Assembly: GCA_012295275.1 (NCBI GenBank) | Contig: CM022679.1 | Coordinates: 13,144,001-13,208,000, forward strand | Direction: 5' to 3' | DNA from: Chrysomallon squamiferum | Lineage: Eukaryota; Animalia; Mollusca | Length of the DNA: 64,000 nucleotides | In this document: positions 24,151 through 37,524 of the stretch, in pieces | How the letters are laid out: each line of letters opens with the position of its first letter | How positions within the stretch are numbered: position 1 is the first letter of the stretch | The notes under the pieces: generated by a model | What the model saw: the letters and a program-made list of their open reading frames with translations, nothing else | Told to the model about the DNA's origin: nothing | The model's database searches: none | Program-made: the position numbers and the translations under genes

Positions 24151-25330
24151 GAGAAATATGTGACCGCAACTTTGAAATGATTATAAAATGCAAGGGGATA
24201 AAAAATACTCTTTAGTAATGCCGTTTTTGTCGTTCCAAACACCCAGCTTAAAGAGCATGACGATAATGTCGTCCCCCAACATATGTGTGTGTGAATATTA
24301 CAAACATACAGATCAATATTAAATGTGTATAGTCTTTTGAAAACAGTTTCTCTATATTATGTTAATCGTCCTCCAACATGAATATAAATCGTATATCAGA
24401 ATGAGGCACATTAAAAAATATAGGGACTTATTTATTTATTTAATAAAATTACTCAATAAGAAAAGATAATTATTTATATAAATAATATTAATCACCCCAA
24501 AACAACAGTTAAACATTTTAATCCTAGCACAAAGCCAAGTTTTTACAGTTAATCTCACTACTTCATACAGCTATGGTGGAAATGGGAGATTATAATAAAA
24601 TAAAATAGTGAGATACATATGTTGAATTAGTTAACAAAAAAGTCTGAAATTTTATTATCTACACTCTCACTGCTAAAACGAGCACTTACACCAACGAAAT
24701 ATGCTCGAGGTCTTGTAAAACAAAAACGCAAGCAGACGGTGCTGTGAAATTTACGTTACAGTGCCAGAAATATATAAAATTATAAAAATGTGTTATTTGA
24801 AGGGTCTTTACTGAAGCTAATCTGTGTGTGAGTATGTGTCGGTACACACACAATCGCATACATTCATATACACAAACACATGATTATACACATAATATAT
24901 ACACACATGTCATGGGTTCGAAAACTTTTTCCACACTATGAATGTGTGTTGTGGTGTCTATATATATATATAGATATACTTGATAAAAGTTCTTTGGGAA
25001 ATACAAATCAAATGAACAGCACTATTCAAACATTAAATAAGATATCGTAATATACTACAGTACACAGCACAAACGTTTTAAGTGAAATTATTTTACAGAT
25101 ATAAACATCTGAAACTTCAAATTTGATTTTCTATGATTTTTTCAAATCAACAGTTTTTGAAATTTTGCTCTTGGGGAATGGTTGGCCCTCTTTCTCCCCA
25201 TCTAACTTGCCACTGGGCTTCAATAATATCAAGACAGAACAAAAAAATATATATTTTTTTTAATTAAATTAACCTGTAATCTCTTTTTGGGAGGGTTATT
25301 GTCGATAGTAAAAATTCATCTTTATTCTAG

Positions 25331-25389
25331 GTTTTATCTGTGTGATAGCGAAAGCCTCTGTAGGAATGGCGAAGATGAAAATGACTGTG
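25331..25389 (+). pseudogene. Half-LDLa exon-like segment, 59 nt (homologues 31507-31565, 34999-35057, 40843-40901, 52389-52447, 58445-58503)
   Basis: TTATTCTAG|G TTT TAT ... GAC TGT G|GTATAT; encodes FY(L/V)CDxExHCRNGEDENDC-type C-terminal half of an LDLa module; the last three copies have Cys4 changed to Gly. Confidence 0.6.
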
Positions 25390-25645
25390 GTATATTACCA
25401 AGTATGTTATCTTTATGTATGTATATGACTGGTATCTCTGTACATATGTATGTGTGTTTATATATGTATGTATGTCTGTATGTATGTGTCTGTGTATTAA
25501 TGTGTGTATGTATGAATGTATGTATGTGCATGCATATGTATTTATGTATGTGTGTGAGTGAAAAATAACTTGTGTGAAGTATATCATCATCATCATCATC
25601 ATCATCATTATTATTATTATTATTATTATTATTTTCTTTATTCAG

Positions 25646-25765
25646 ATTCACATTACTGTAATCCTGGGGTTTTTCTGTGCAAAAGCAACCATACCTGTAT
25701 CTCCAACCTGTATGTGTGTGATGGCAAAAGTCATTGTAGGAATCGCGAAGATGAAAATGACTTTG
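25646..25765 (+). CDS. LDLa exon, phase 1-1, last Cys changed to Phe
   Basis: TTTCTTTATTCAG| DSHYCNPGVFLCKSNHTCISNLYVCDGKSHCRNREDENDF |GTATAT; 120 nt. Confidence 0.6.
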
Positions 25766-25958
25766 GTATATTACCAAGTATGTTATCTTTATGTATGTAT
25801 ATGACTGGTATCTCTGTACATATGTATGTGTGTTTATATATGTATGTATGTCTGTATGTATGTGTATGTGTATTAATGTGTGTATGTATGAATGTATGTG
25901 TGTGCATGCATATGTATTTATGTATGTGTGTGAGTGAAAAATAACTTGTGTGAAGTAT

Positions 25959-25996
<38 letters not shown>

Positions 25997-26033
25997 TATT
26001 ATTATTATTATTATTATTATTTTCTTTATTCAG

Positions 26034-26153
26034 ATTCACATTACTGTAATCCTGGGTTTTTTCTGTGCAAAAGCAACCATACCTGTATCTCCAACCTGTA
26101 TGTGTGTGATGGCAAAAGCCACTGTGGGAATGGTGAAGATGAAAATGACTGTG
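26034..26153 (+). CDS. LDLa exon, phase 1-1, six cysteines intact
   Basis: DSHYCNPGFFLCKSNHTCISNLYVCDGKSHCGNGEDENDC; AG/GT flanks; 388-bp local duplicate of the previous exon. Confidence 0.75.
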
Positions 26154-27684
26154 GTATATTACCAAGTATGTTATCTTTATGTATGTGCGTGTATGAATGT
26201 GTGTGAATATATATATACATTAATGTAGTTTTATTTGTGCATGAGCGTATGTATGTATACGAGTTGTGTCTATGTATATATATATATATATGTTTGTTTA
26301 CCTATATATGTATGTGTCTATGTATTAATGTTTGTTTGTATGAGTTGATGTGTGTCCGTGCATATGTATTTGTGTATGTGTGTGAGTGGAAAATAACTTG
26401 AAAATGACTTTGGTATATTACCAAGTATGTTATATTTATGTATGTGCGTGTATGAATGTGTGTGAATATATGGATACATTAATGTAGTTTCATTTATGCA
26501 TGAGCGTATGTATGTATATGAGTTGTGTCCATGTATATACATATATATGTGTGTGTGTGTGTGTGTGTGTCTGTGTGTTTATCTATGTGTGCATGTGTCT
26601 ATGTATTAATGTCTGTATGTATTAGTTGATGTGTGTGCGTGCATATGTATTTAAGTATGTGCGTGAATGAAAAATAACAAGTGTGAAGTATATTCGTGTG
26701 TATCTATGTTTGTGTGATATGCATGTGTGTCTATAATGTATAAACTCTGGTTAAAACTCAATTGTCTGTTTGTATCTCTAACTCTTTGTTTGTCTTAAAT
26801 CTCCTTCTCCGTCTTTCTGTCTGTCTCTGTATATCTGTCTCAGTTTGAATATACCTTTTAACATCCTCTTACACCAAATCACACATATAGACAAACGCAT
26901 GCGCGCGCACACACACACACACACGCACGAATAAACATCATGTGGAAGTACGCTGATCGATCCCCACTGGGTGATTACAGCGGCGCATTGCTTTGAATCG
27001 TAAGTACAAAGATTCAGTTAAAATTCAGAACAAGTGTTAGCGATGTTCTAACATTATAAAAACAATCTAATGGTAAATGAATATTTGAGAACTGTTATTA
27101 TTTATTATGAACTGATATACTGTATATTTTCTGCGTTCCATCCATTTTTTTTTTTTTTTTTTTTTTATAATGAAATTCATTTTATTTTTTGAAATTTGAT
27201 CTAGCAGTATGATTAAATTATCCGATCTAGTTAAGACCTGAATCCATTACTAATTATTTTTAATTATGAAAAGGAAATTTTTAAAATAAAATAATGTCTT
27301 CTTCTTCTTGATTTATCAATTCATTATCCCTACAGAACCGAAAATCCATTGTGCAAGAGTTAGTATATCGAAAATAGCATACATTGTGCAAACCATACAT
27401 TAATTTAGCATTCTGTTTTCATTTTATTATTACACTTCATTAACAGCGGTTAATCTTCGTGGTGTCCAGTGATCCATGAGGCGGAAACAATATTAAGAAT
27501 TAACGTGAGTAATAAATCAGTTTTATCAAGTACTATTAAAAAACAACAACAACAAGAAAAATAATAAAGGTGGTTACTTATGCGCATGGGCAGACTAATT
27601 AGCACACCAGGTGACTTGGCTTATCTCCAGTAGCGCCTGTTACCAACATAACACTGTCATGACAACAAATCTATTTTTAGCATC

Positions 27685-28069
27685 TGACGTCATCAAGGGT
27701 ATAAAAGGACCGGGCGACCGCCCAATCGACGGAACTGCCCAGCTCGCACCCGCGGAAAGTCGTTCACCATGACGGACTGGAAGTGGGTGCTGTCTCGTGT
27801 TAAGCTATTTTCCTTTTGGTTCACAATTACGCTTACTTCGTTATTTCCTGAGATGTTCGAATCTTAGGACCCGTTCCCGGTTCTCGGAGACCACGCCCGT
27901 CAGCGGCCCTGCAATCGCAGTTTTAACTGCGCTAAAGGGTTGGGTGTGTGATCTGGGGACCTCAGACGTTGTACGTTGGTCGCTGGGTGGATTCGAATAC
28001 CCCAGTGCCGAGTAGTTCAGTCTTTGAGGTCCCTGGTATATTTCTACAGGTCTACTATGGAAGGTAAGT
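27685..28069 (+). promoter_or_regulatory. Array copy 2: CRE + TATA + putative first exon ending ATG GAA G|GTAAGT
   Basis: TGACGTCA 27685-27692; TATAAAA 27700; ATG 28057; donor 28064. Confidence 0.7.
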
Positions 28070-28160
28070 TCGTTTATTTAGAAAGTAATTCTGTTCAGAC
28101 TCAGTATTAATTACTGCGTGACCTATATTATATGTGAGAATGATGATGGCGCTTATTTAC

Positions 28161-28191
<31 letters not shown>

Positions 28192-31096
28192 GACGACGAC
28201 GACGAAGAAGAAACAACAACGAAATTGATTCAGGTAAATATTGCAATAATGTTTCACACAGAATTAAAATAGAATCGTCGAGGTATTGCACAATCACAAT
28301 GCAAGTTCAAAGTCTAGTGATAATGACTCGGTGTACAAGATATTAACAAGGTTTTAATTTTAACTATTTATTAAAAAACGAAACAAAAGTTTACGTAAGC
28401 GGATGATAATATTAGCTTTCGGCTGTGTGTAACTTCTAACAAACAAACAAAAAATAATAATAAAAAACGAAATTTGGTGATTGTTTTTAGATGATGATAA
28501 TTATTATTATTAAACAATGAAACAGGATTTTTCTCAAACTTTATTAATATATTTAGAATAAAGTACTTTACAAACGTGTGACTAACAGGTAAGTGACAAG
28601 TGTGTAATTTAAAATATTGAAAAGTGATCGAAAAATTCTTTGTCGACGGATAAGGTAAGTATATTTTTTTAACTTTGTATTTTGCTAAGCGAATCGAGTG
28701 GGAGTTGTGTACCAAAGGGAAAACATCTTTTCACGAGACAGCATTCAAGTCTGGACCTGCATGTTGATCGACTTGCTGAGAAATGAACAGGACTTGTTAC
28801 GAAAATGTTAATAAAAACAATAAATGAAACAGGTATCTGTGTATTACACGTTTTAAAAATAAATGAAAGATAATTTATGTGGTTTTAGCTGTTTCAAGTT
28901 ATTAGACGTCATAGTCAAGTATCTGACATATTCAGTTATATCGTAAATTTATGGCATAGATCATTGAAAATGGTGTTTCATTTCTTCGTCGAATTAAACT
29001 TAGTATTCTACTTTGACTTTCTAATTTAGAACCCAAAACACAAACCACGATAATTTATTGTATTTTATTTAATCATAGGTATGTATTTATAAAAAAAAAA
29101 TAACTTTAAAAATGTCTTTCACTATCCTGCAAATACTACTTTTTTTTTTTTTTTTACATGAAGTTTAAATTATTTGTTACGTGCCATATACTACTGAACG
29201 AAAATAAATAGAACTTAATTTTGTAAAATTAATTTTTCATTCATTAATTCTGAAGAAGGAAATGAGCCCACCTAGTACAGGAACTTTATATTTTTTTTTT
29301 TTTTTTTTTGAAGACCGTAACTACAAACAAATAAAATAAATCACGATACAAAACATAAGCGCTTCAGGAAAAATAACCAATATAAATGTGTTAAAAATAC
29401 TAAACGCCTAAGATAATTAAAATTAAAACATAGTAAGTAAAACTGTATGCCTCTCCACCATGATTAAATTCAAAAGAAAACAAAATCCACCCAATATGTT
29501 GTAATCGACTGCTGTTTGAAAAGTAGGATTTGAAATACTATACAGTAACGTCAAACAAAGATAATTCAAACGTCGATTTCTCGGATACTCGATTTATTGA
29601 ACCGAAAGTTAGCATTGATGACCTTCGAATATTCAAAAGTGAATAAATCCAAAACTTTCATATCTCAAAGTCGCTTTCCTGTTCCAGACTACAAGTTTAA
29701 TAGAAATTAGCCTTCGAAAACTCGAAGTGCTGGAATGGTCACGCTATTGTTTCAATTGGTAAATACTGAACAATGAGTCGTTGATTATGCGGAACGAAAT
29801 ACGCATGCCTCGGTCGTTACGTCTTTCTACACAATGCACTTTTGTTGTTTAGCTGATAAACTTCACTGACTAATGTTTGTTTTGCTTACAAATGAGTGTA
29901 TCGTGTCAAACATGCTGTTTCCTGTTTAAATGACAGTTACTATGAAAGACCGGGGAGTCTTGTAGACCTGGCAGCGGAGATAGGGTGGGGTGGAGGAATA
30001 GCCAGATGGGTTAACAAACAAAAGTTCTGCTGTCATGTTATCCAAAAGGACCCGACAGTGGAGGTTTAACCGGATTGGAAACACAAAGCAGAGGCGTGAA
30101 AAGAAAGTTGGCGATGAAAAATACTGAGACAAATTCAAAGGGTTAATGGAGGTTAAAGCAGGTATATAAATATATAAACTGCTAAGGAAAACCATAAGTG
30201 GTCAAATACTTTATTACTATGGATTAAAAAGAAATAATCAATTCAAGAAGATTATTTAACGTTTGGTCATAAAGTAAAAACGCGAGAACTGGAGAAATAT
30301 GTGACCGCAACTTTGAAATGATTATAAAATGCAAGGGGATAAAAAATACTCTTTAGTAATGCCGCTTTTGACGTTACAAACACCCAGCTTAAAGAGCATG
30401 ACGATAATGTCGTCCCCCAACATGTGTGTGTGAATATTACAAACATACAGATCAATATTAAATGTGTATAGTCTTTTGAAAACAGTTTCTCTATATTATG
30501 TTAATCGTCCTCCAACATGAATATAAATCGTATATCAGAATGAGGCACATTAAAAAATATAGGGACTTATTTATTTATTTAATAAAATTACTCAATAAGA
30601 AAAGATAATTATTTATATAAATAATATTAATCACCCCAAAACAACAGTTAAAAATTATAATCCTAGCACAAAGCCAAGTTTTTACAGTTAATCTCACTAC
30701 TTCATACAGGTATGGTGGAAATGGGAGATTATAATAAAATAAAATAGTGAGATACCTATGTTGAATTAGTTAACAAAAAAGTCTAAAATTATATTATCTA
30801 CAAAGTTTCACTGCTAAAATGACCACTTACACCAACGAAATATGCTCGAGGCTTTGTAAAACAAAAACGCTACCAGACGGTGCTGTGAAATTTACGTTAC
30901 AGTGCCAGAAATATATAAAATTATAAAAATGTATGTTATTTGAAGAGTCTTTACTAAAGCTAATCTGTGTGTGAGTATGTGTCGGTACACACACAATCAC
31001 ATATTTTCATATACACAAACACGTGTTTATATACATAATACATACATACATATCATGGATTCCAAAACTTTCTCCACAATATGAATGTGTGTTGTG

Positions 31097-31145
<49 letters not shown>

Positions 31146-31874
31146 TACATACACACATACATACTTGACAAAGGTCCTTTGGGAAATACAAATCAAATGA
31201 ACAGCACTATTCAGACATTAAATAAGATATCACAATGTACACAGCACAAACGTTTTAAGTGAAATTATTTTACAGATGTAAACATCTGAAACTTCAAATT
31301 TGATTTTTTATGATTTTTCAAATCAACATTTTTTTAATTTTGCTCTTGGCGAGAGGCTAACCCTCTTTCTCCCCACCTAAATTGCCACTGGCCTTCAATA
31401 ATATCAAGACAGAACAAAAAAATATATATTTTTTTTTTATTAAATTAATCTGTAATATCTTTTTGGGAGGGTTATGGTCGGTAGTAAAAATTCATCTTTA
31501 TTCTAGGTTTTATGTGTGTGATCGCGAAAGCCACTGTAGGAATGGCGAAGATGAAAATGACTGTGGTATATTACCAAGTATGGCGTCTTTATGTATGTGC
31601 GTCTATGAATGTGTGTGAATATATGTACGTATTAATGTATTTTTATTTGTACATGAGCGGTTTGTATGTATATGACTAGTGCCTCACTATCTATGTATGT
31701 GTGTTTATATAGGTATGTATGTCTGTATGTATGTGTCTATGTCTTAATGTGTGTATGTATGAATGTATCTGTGTGCGTTCATATCTATTTAAGTATGTGT
31801 GTGAGTGAAAAACAACTTGTGTGAAGTATATTCGTATGTACGTAAACATTTTGTTATTAAGTGTCTTTTATATT

Positions 31875-31917
<43 letters not shown>

Positions 31918-32061
31918 TTCATTGGAAGTGTTTCTTATTAATAAATTCTTAATATTGTTCATCGCTCGTTTATGAGGATAGCAGACAGTTATTATTATTG
32001 TTATTATTAACATTATCATTATCATTATCATTATCATTAACATTATCACCATCATCATTAT

Positions 32062-32111
<50 letters not shown>

Positions 32112-32128
32112 CTATTTTCTTTATTCAG

Positions 32129-32248
32129 ATTCACATTACTGTAATACTGGGTTTTTTCTATGCAAAAGCAACTATACCTGTATCTACAACCTGTATGTGT
32201 GTGATGACAAAAGTCACTGTGGGAATGGTGAAGATGAAAATGACTGTG
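32129..32248 (+). CDS. LDLa exon, phase 1-1, intact
   Basis: DSHYCNTGFFLCKSNYTCIYNLYVCDDKSHCGNGEDENDC; AG/GT flanks. Confidence 0.72.
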
Positions 32249-33478
32249 GTATATTACCAAGTATGTTATCTTTATGTATGTGCGTGTATGAATCTGTGTG
32301 AATATATGTATACATCAATGTAGTTTTAATTGTGCATGAGCGTATGTATGTATACGAGTTGTGTCTATGTGTAAATATATGTGTGTTTATCTATGTATGT
32401 ATGTGTCTATGTATCAGTGTCTGTATGTATGAATTTATGTGTGTGCGTGCATATGTATTTTTGTATGTGTGTGAGTGAAAAATAACTTGTGTGAAGTATA
32501 TTCGTGTATATGTATGTTTCTGTGATCTGCATGTGTGTCTATATTGTATACATTCTGGTTAAAACTCAATTGTCTGTTTGTATCTCTACCTCTTTGTTTG
32601 TTTTAACTTTCCTTCTCCGTCCTTCTGTCTGTCTCTGTATATCTGTCTCAGTTTCAGTATACCTCTTAACATCCTCTTACAGCAAAGTCACACATACAGA
32701 CAAACGCATGCGCGCACACACAAACACACACCAACGAATAAACATCATATGGAAGTACGCTGATCGATCCCCACTGGGTGATTACAGCGGCGCATTGCTT
32801 TGAATCGTAAGTACAAGGATTCAGTTAAAATCGAGAAAGTGTTAGTGATGTTCTAACATTATTAAAAACAGTCTAATGGTAAATGAATATTTGAGAATTG
32901 TTATTATTTATTATGAACTGATATACTGTATATTTTCTGCGTTCCATCCATTTTTTTTTTTCTTTATAATGCAATTCATTTTATTTTTTGAAATTTGATC
33001 TAGCAGTATGATTAAATTATCCGATTTAGTTAAGACCTGAATCCATTACTAATTATTTTTAATTATGAAAAGGAAATTTTTAAAATAAAATAATGTCTTC
33101 TTCTTCTTGATTTATCAATTCATTATCCCTACAGAACCGAAAATCCATTGTGCAAGAGTTAGTATATCGAAAATAGCATACATTGTGCAAACCATACTTT
33201 AATTTAGCATTCTGTTTTCGTTTTATTATTACACTTCATTAACAGCGGTTAAGCTTCGTGGAAACAATATTAAGGCGGAAACAATATTAAGAATTAACGT
33301 GAGTAATACATCAGTTTTATCAAGTACTATTAAAAAACAACAACAACAAGAACAATAATAAAGGTGGTTACTTATGCCTATGGGCAGACTAATTAGCACA
33401 CCAGGTCACTTGGCTTATCTCCAGTAGCGCCTGTTACTAACATAACACTGTTATGACAACAAATCTATTTTTAGCATC

Positions 33479-33864
33479 TGACGTCATCAAGGGTATAAAA
33501 GGACCGGGCGACCGCCCAATCGACGGAACTGCCCAGCTCGCACCCGCGGAAAGTCGTTCACCATGACGGACTGGAAGTGGGTGCTGTCTCGTGTTAAGCT
33601 ATTTTCCTTTTTGGTTCACAATTACGCTTACTTCGTTATTTCCTGAGATGTTCGAATCTTAGGACCCGTTCCCGGTTCTCGGAGACCACGCCCGTCAGCG
33701 GCCCTGCAATCGCAGTTTTAACTGCGCTAAAGGGTTGGGTGTGTGATCTTGGGACCTCAGACGTTGTACGTTGGCCGCTGGGTGGATTCGAATACCCCAG
33801 TGCCGAGTAGTGCAGTGTTTGAGGTCCCTGGTATATTTCTACGCGTCTACTATGGAAGGTAAGT
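33479..33864 (+). promoter_or_regulatory. Array copy 3: CRE + TATA + putative first exon (ATG GAA G|GTAAGT)
   Basis: CRE 33479; TATA 33494; donor 33859; this unit has an internal deletion of ~2.3 kb at ~34895. Confidence 0.7.
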
Positions 33865-33960
33865 TCGTTTATTTAGAAAGTAATTCTGTTCAGACTCAGT
33901 ATTAATTACTGCGTGACCTATATTATATGTGAGAATGATGATGGCGCTTATTTACTTATT

Positions 33961-33991
<31 letters not shown>

Positions 33992-35526
33992 TTATTAAGA
34001 CGACGACGACGAAGAAGAAACAACAACGAAATTGATTCAGGTAAATATTGCAATAATGTTTCACACAGAATTAAAATAGAATCGTCGAGGTATTGCACAA
34101 TCACAATGCAAGTTCAAAGTCTAGTGATAATGACTCGGTGTACAAGATATTAACAAGGTTTTAATTTTAACTATTTATTAAAAAACGAAACAAAAGTTTA
34201 CGTAAGCGGATGATAATATTAGCTTTCGGCTGTGTGTAACTTCTAACAAACAAACAAAAAATAATAATAATAAAACGAAATTTGGTGATTGTTTTTTTAG
34301 ATGATGATAATTATTATTATTAAACAATGAAACAGGATTTTTCTCAAACTTTATTAATATATTTAGAATAAAGTACTTTACAAACGTGTGACTAACAGGT
34401 AAGTGACAAGTGTGTAATTTAAAATATTGAAAAGTGATCGAAAAATTCTTTGTCGACGGATAAGGTAAGTATATTTTTTTAACTTTGTATTTTGCTAAGC
34501 GAATCGAGTGGGAGTTGTGTACCAAAAGAAAAACATCTTTTCACGAGACAGCATTCAAGTCTGGACCTGCATGTTGATCGACTTGCTGAGAAATGAACAC
34601 GACTTGTTTTGAAAATGTTAATAAAAACAATAAATAAAACAGGTATCTGTGTATTACATATGTTTTAAAAATAAATGAACGATAATTTATGTGGTTTCTG
34701 TAGAACTTCGTTTTAGCTGTTTCAAGTTATTAGACGTCACAGTCAAGTATCTGACATATTCAGCTATATCGTAAATTTATGGCATAGATCATTGAAAATG
34801 GTGTTTCATTTCTTCGTCGAATTAAACTTAGTATTCTACTTTGACTTTCTAATTTAGAACCCAAAACACAAACCACGATAATTTGTTGTATTTGATATAA
34901 GACAGAAGAAAAAAATATATATATATATTTTATTAACTTAACCTCCAATATCTTTTTGGGGTGGTTATGGTCGGTAGTAAAAATTTATTTTTATCTAGGT
35001 TTTATGTGTGTGATCGCGAAAGTCACTGTAGGAATGGCGAAGATGAAAATGACTGTGGTATATTACCAAGTATGATATCTTTATGTATGTGTGTCTATGA
35101 ATGTGTGTGAATATATGGACGTATTAATATAGTTTTATTTGTGCATGAGCGGTTTGTATGTATATGACTGGTGTCTCCGTATCTATGTATGTGTGTTTAT
35201 ATATGTATGTATGTCTGTATGTATGTGTCTATGTATTAATGTGTGTCTCTATGAATGTATGTGTGTGCGTGCAAATGTATTTAAATATATGTGTGAGTGA
35301 AAAATAACTAGTGTGAAGTATATTCGTATGTACGTAAACGTTTTGTTATTAAGTGTGTTTTATATTTTATTTATTTATTTATTTATTCATTGGAAGTGTT
35401 TCTTAGAAATAAATTCTTAATATTGTTCATCGCTCGTTTATGAGGATAGCAGACAGTTATTATTATTGTTATTATTAACATTATCATTATCACCATCATC
35501 ATCATTATTATTAGTAGTAGTAGTAC

Positions 35527-35591
<65 letters not shown>

Positions 35592-35605
35592 TTTTCTTTA
35601 TTCAG

Positions 35606-35725
35606 ATTCACATTACTGTAATCCTGGGTTTTTTCTGTGCAGAAGCAACCATACCTGTATCTCCAACATGTATGTGTGTGATGGCAAAAGTCACTGTAGG
35701 AATGGTGAAGATGAAAATGACTGTG
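35606..35725 (+). CDS. LDLa exon, phase 1-1, intact
   Basis: DSHYCNPGFFLCRSNHTCISNMYVCDGKSHCRNGEDENDC; AG/GT flanks. Confidence 0.75.
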
Positions 35726-36187
35726 GTATATTACCAAGTATGTTATCTTTATGTATGTGCGTGTATGAATGTGTGTGAATATATGTATACATCAATGTAG
35801 TTTTAATTGTGCATGAGCGTATGTATGTATACGAGTTGTGTCTATGTGTAAATATATGTGTGTTTATCTATGTATGTATGTGTCTATGTATCAATATCTG
35901 TATGTATGAGTTGATGTGTGTGCGTGCATATGTATTTTTGTATGTGCGTGAGTGAAAAATAACTTGTTTGAAGTATATTCGTGTGTATGTATGTTTCTGT
36001 GATCTGCATGTGTGTCTATAATGTATAAAGTCTGGTTAAAACTCAATTGTCTGTTTGTATCTCTAACTCTTTGTTTGTTTTAACTTTCCTTCTCCGTCTT
36101 TCTGTCTGTCTCTGTATATCTGTCTCAGTTTCAGTATTCCTTTTAACATCCTCTTACAACAAAGTCACACATATAGACAAACGCATG

Positions 36188-36221
<34 letters not shown>

Positions 36222-37006
36222 GATAAACTTCATGTGGAGGTACGCTGATCGATCCCCACTGGGTGATTACAGCGGCGCATTGCTTTGAATCGTAAGTACA
36301 AAGATTCAGTTAAAATATAGAAAGTGTTAGCGATGTTCTAACATTATAAAAACAGTCTAGCGGTGAATGGATATTTGAGAACTGTTATTATTTATTATGA
36401 ACTGATATATTGTATATTTTCTCCGTTCCATCCAATTTTTGTTTTGTTTTTCTATCTATAATGAAATTCATTTTATTTCTTTAAATTTGATCTAGCAGTA
36501 TGATTCAATTATCCGATTTAGTTAAGACCTGAATCCATTACTAACTATTTTTAATTATGACAAGGGAATTTTTAAAATAAAATAATGCCTTCTTTTTCTT
36601 CTTCTTCTTGATTTATCAATTCATTGTCCCTGCAAAACCGAAAATCCATTGTGCAAGAGTCAGTATATAAAAAATAGCATATACTGGTAATCGGTTAACG
36701 CATTGTGCAAACCATACATTAATTTAGCATTCTGTGTTTATTTTATTATTACACTTCATTAACAGTGGTTAATCTTCGTGGTGTCCAGTGATGCATGAGG
36801 CGGAAACAATATTAAGAATTAATGTGAGTAATAAATCAGTATTATCACGTACTATTCAAAAACAACAACAACAATAAAAAAAGAAAAAAAGGTGGTTACT
36901 TATGCGCATGGGCAGACTAATTACCAAACCATGTGACTTGGCTTATCTCCAGTAGCGCCTGTTACCAACATAACACTGGTATGACAACAAAGTTATTTTT
37001 AGCACC

Positions 37007-37391
37007 TGACGTCATCAAGGGTATAAAAGGACCGCGCGCCCGCCCAATCGACGGAACTGCCCAGCTCGCACCCGCGGAAAGTCGTTCACCATGACGGACT
37101 GGAAGTGGGTGCTGTCTCGTGTTAAGCTATTTTCCTTTTGGTTCACAATTACGCTTACTTCGTTATTTCCTGAGATGTTCGAATCTTAGGACCCGTTCCC
37201 GCTTCTCGGAGACCACGCCCGTCAGCGGCCCTGCAATCGCAGTTTTAACTGCGCTAAAGGGTTGGGTGTGCGATCTGGGGACCTCAGACGTTGTACGTTG
37301 GCCGCTGGGTGGATTCGAATACCCCAGTGCCGAGTAGTGCAGTCTTTGAGGTCCCTGGTATATTTCTACACGTCTACTATGGAAGGTAAGT
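37007..37391 (+). promoter_or_regulatory. Array copy 4: CRE + TATA + putative first exon (ATG GAA G|GTAAGT)
   Basis: CRE 37007; TATA 37022; donor 37386. Confidence 0.7.
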
Positions 37392-37482
37392 TCGTTTATT
37401 TAGGAAGTAATTCTGTTCACATTCAGTATTAATTATCTGTTGACCTATATTATATGTGAGAATGATGATAGCGCTTATTTAC

Positions 37483-37524
<42 letters not shown>

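Noticed and set aside
25287-26542. Long His/Ile/Met/Asn-rich ORFs on both strands
   Set aside because: Translations of (CAT)n, (TAT)n and (TGTA)n simple repeats; only the embedded LDLa exons are credible.
27797-28015. Recurrent 72-aa ORF (MLSYFPFG...) and other ORFs repeated in each unit (MVHNSHS..., MVFLSSL..., MRMMMAL...)
   Set aside because: They recur only because the DNA is duplicated; several start at GTG/TTG, they are broken or altered by indels in some copies and show no recognisable domain.
27730-28063. Known ncRNA identity (telomerase RNA, RNase P/MRP, 7SK, 7SL, vault, tRNA/SINE, hammerhead/HDV ribozyme) for the GC-rich block
   Set aside because: No CTAACCCT template; GGAAAGTC lacks the P4 partner context; two TTCGAAT B-box-like motifs but no A box, cloverleaf or terminal T run; no CTGANGA/GAAA core; TATA plus splice donor point to Pol II. 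An Rfam search is still needed.
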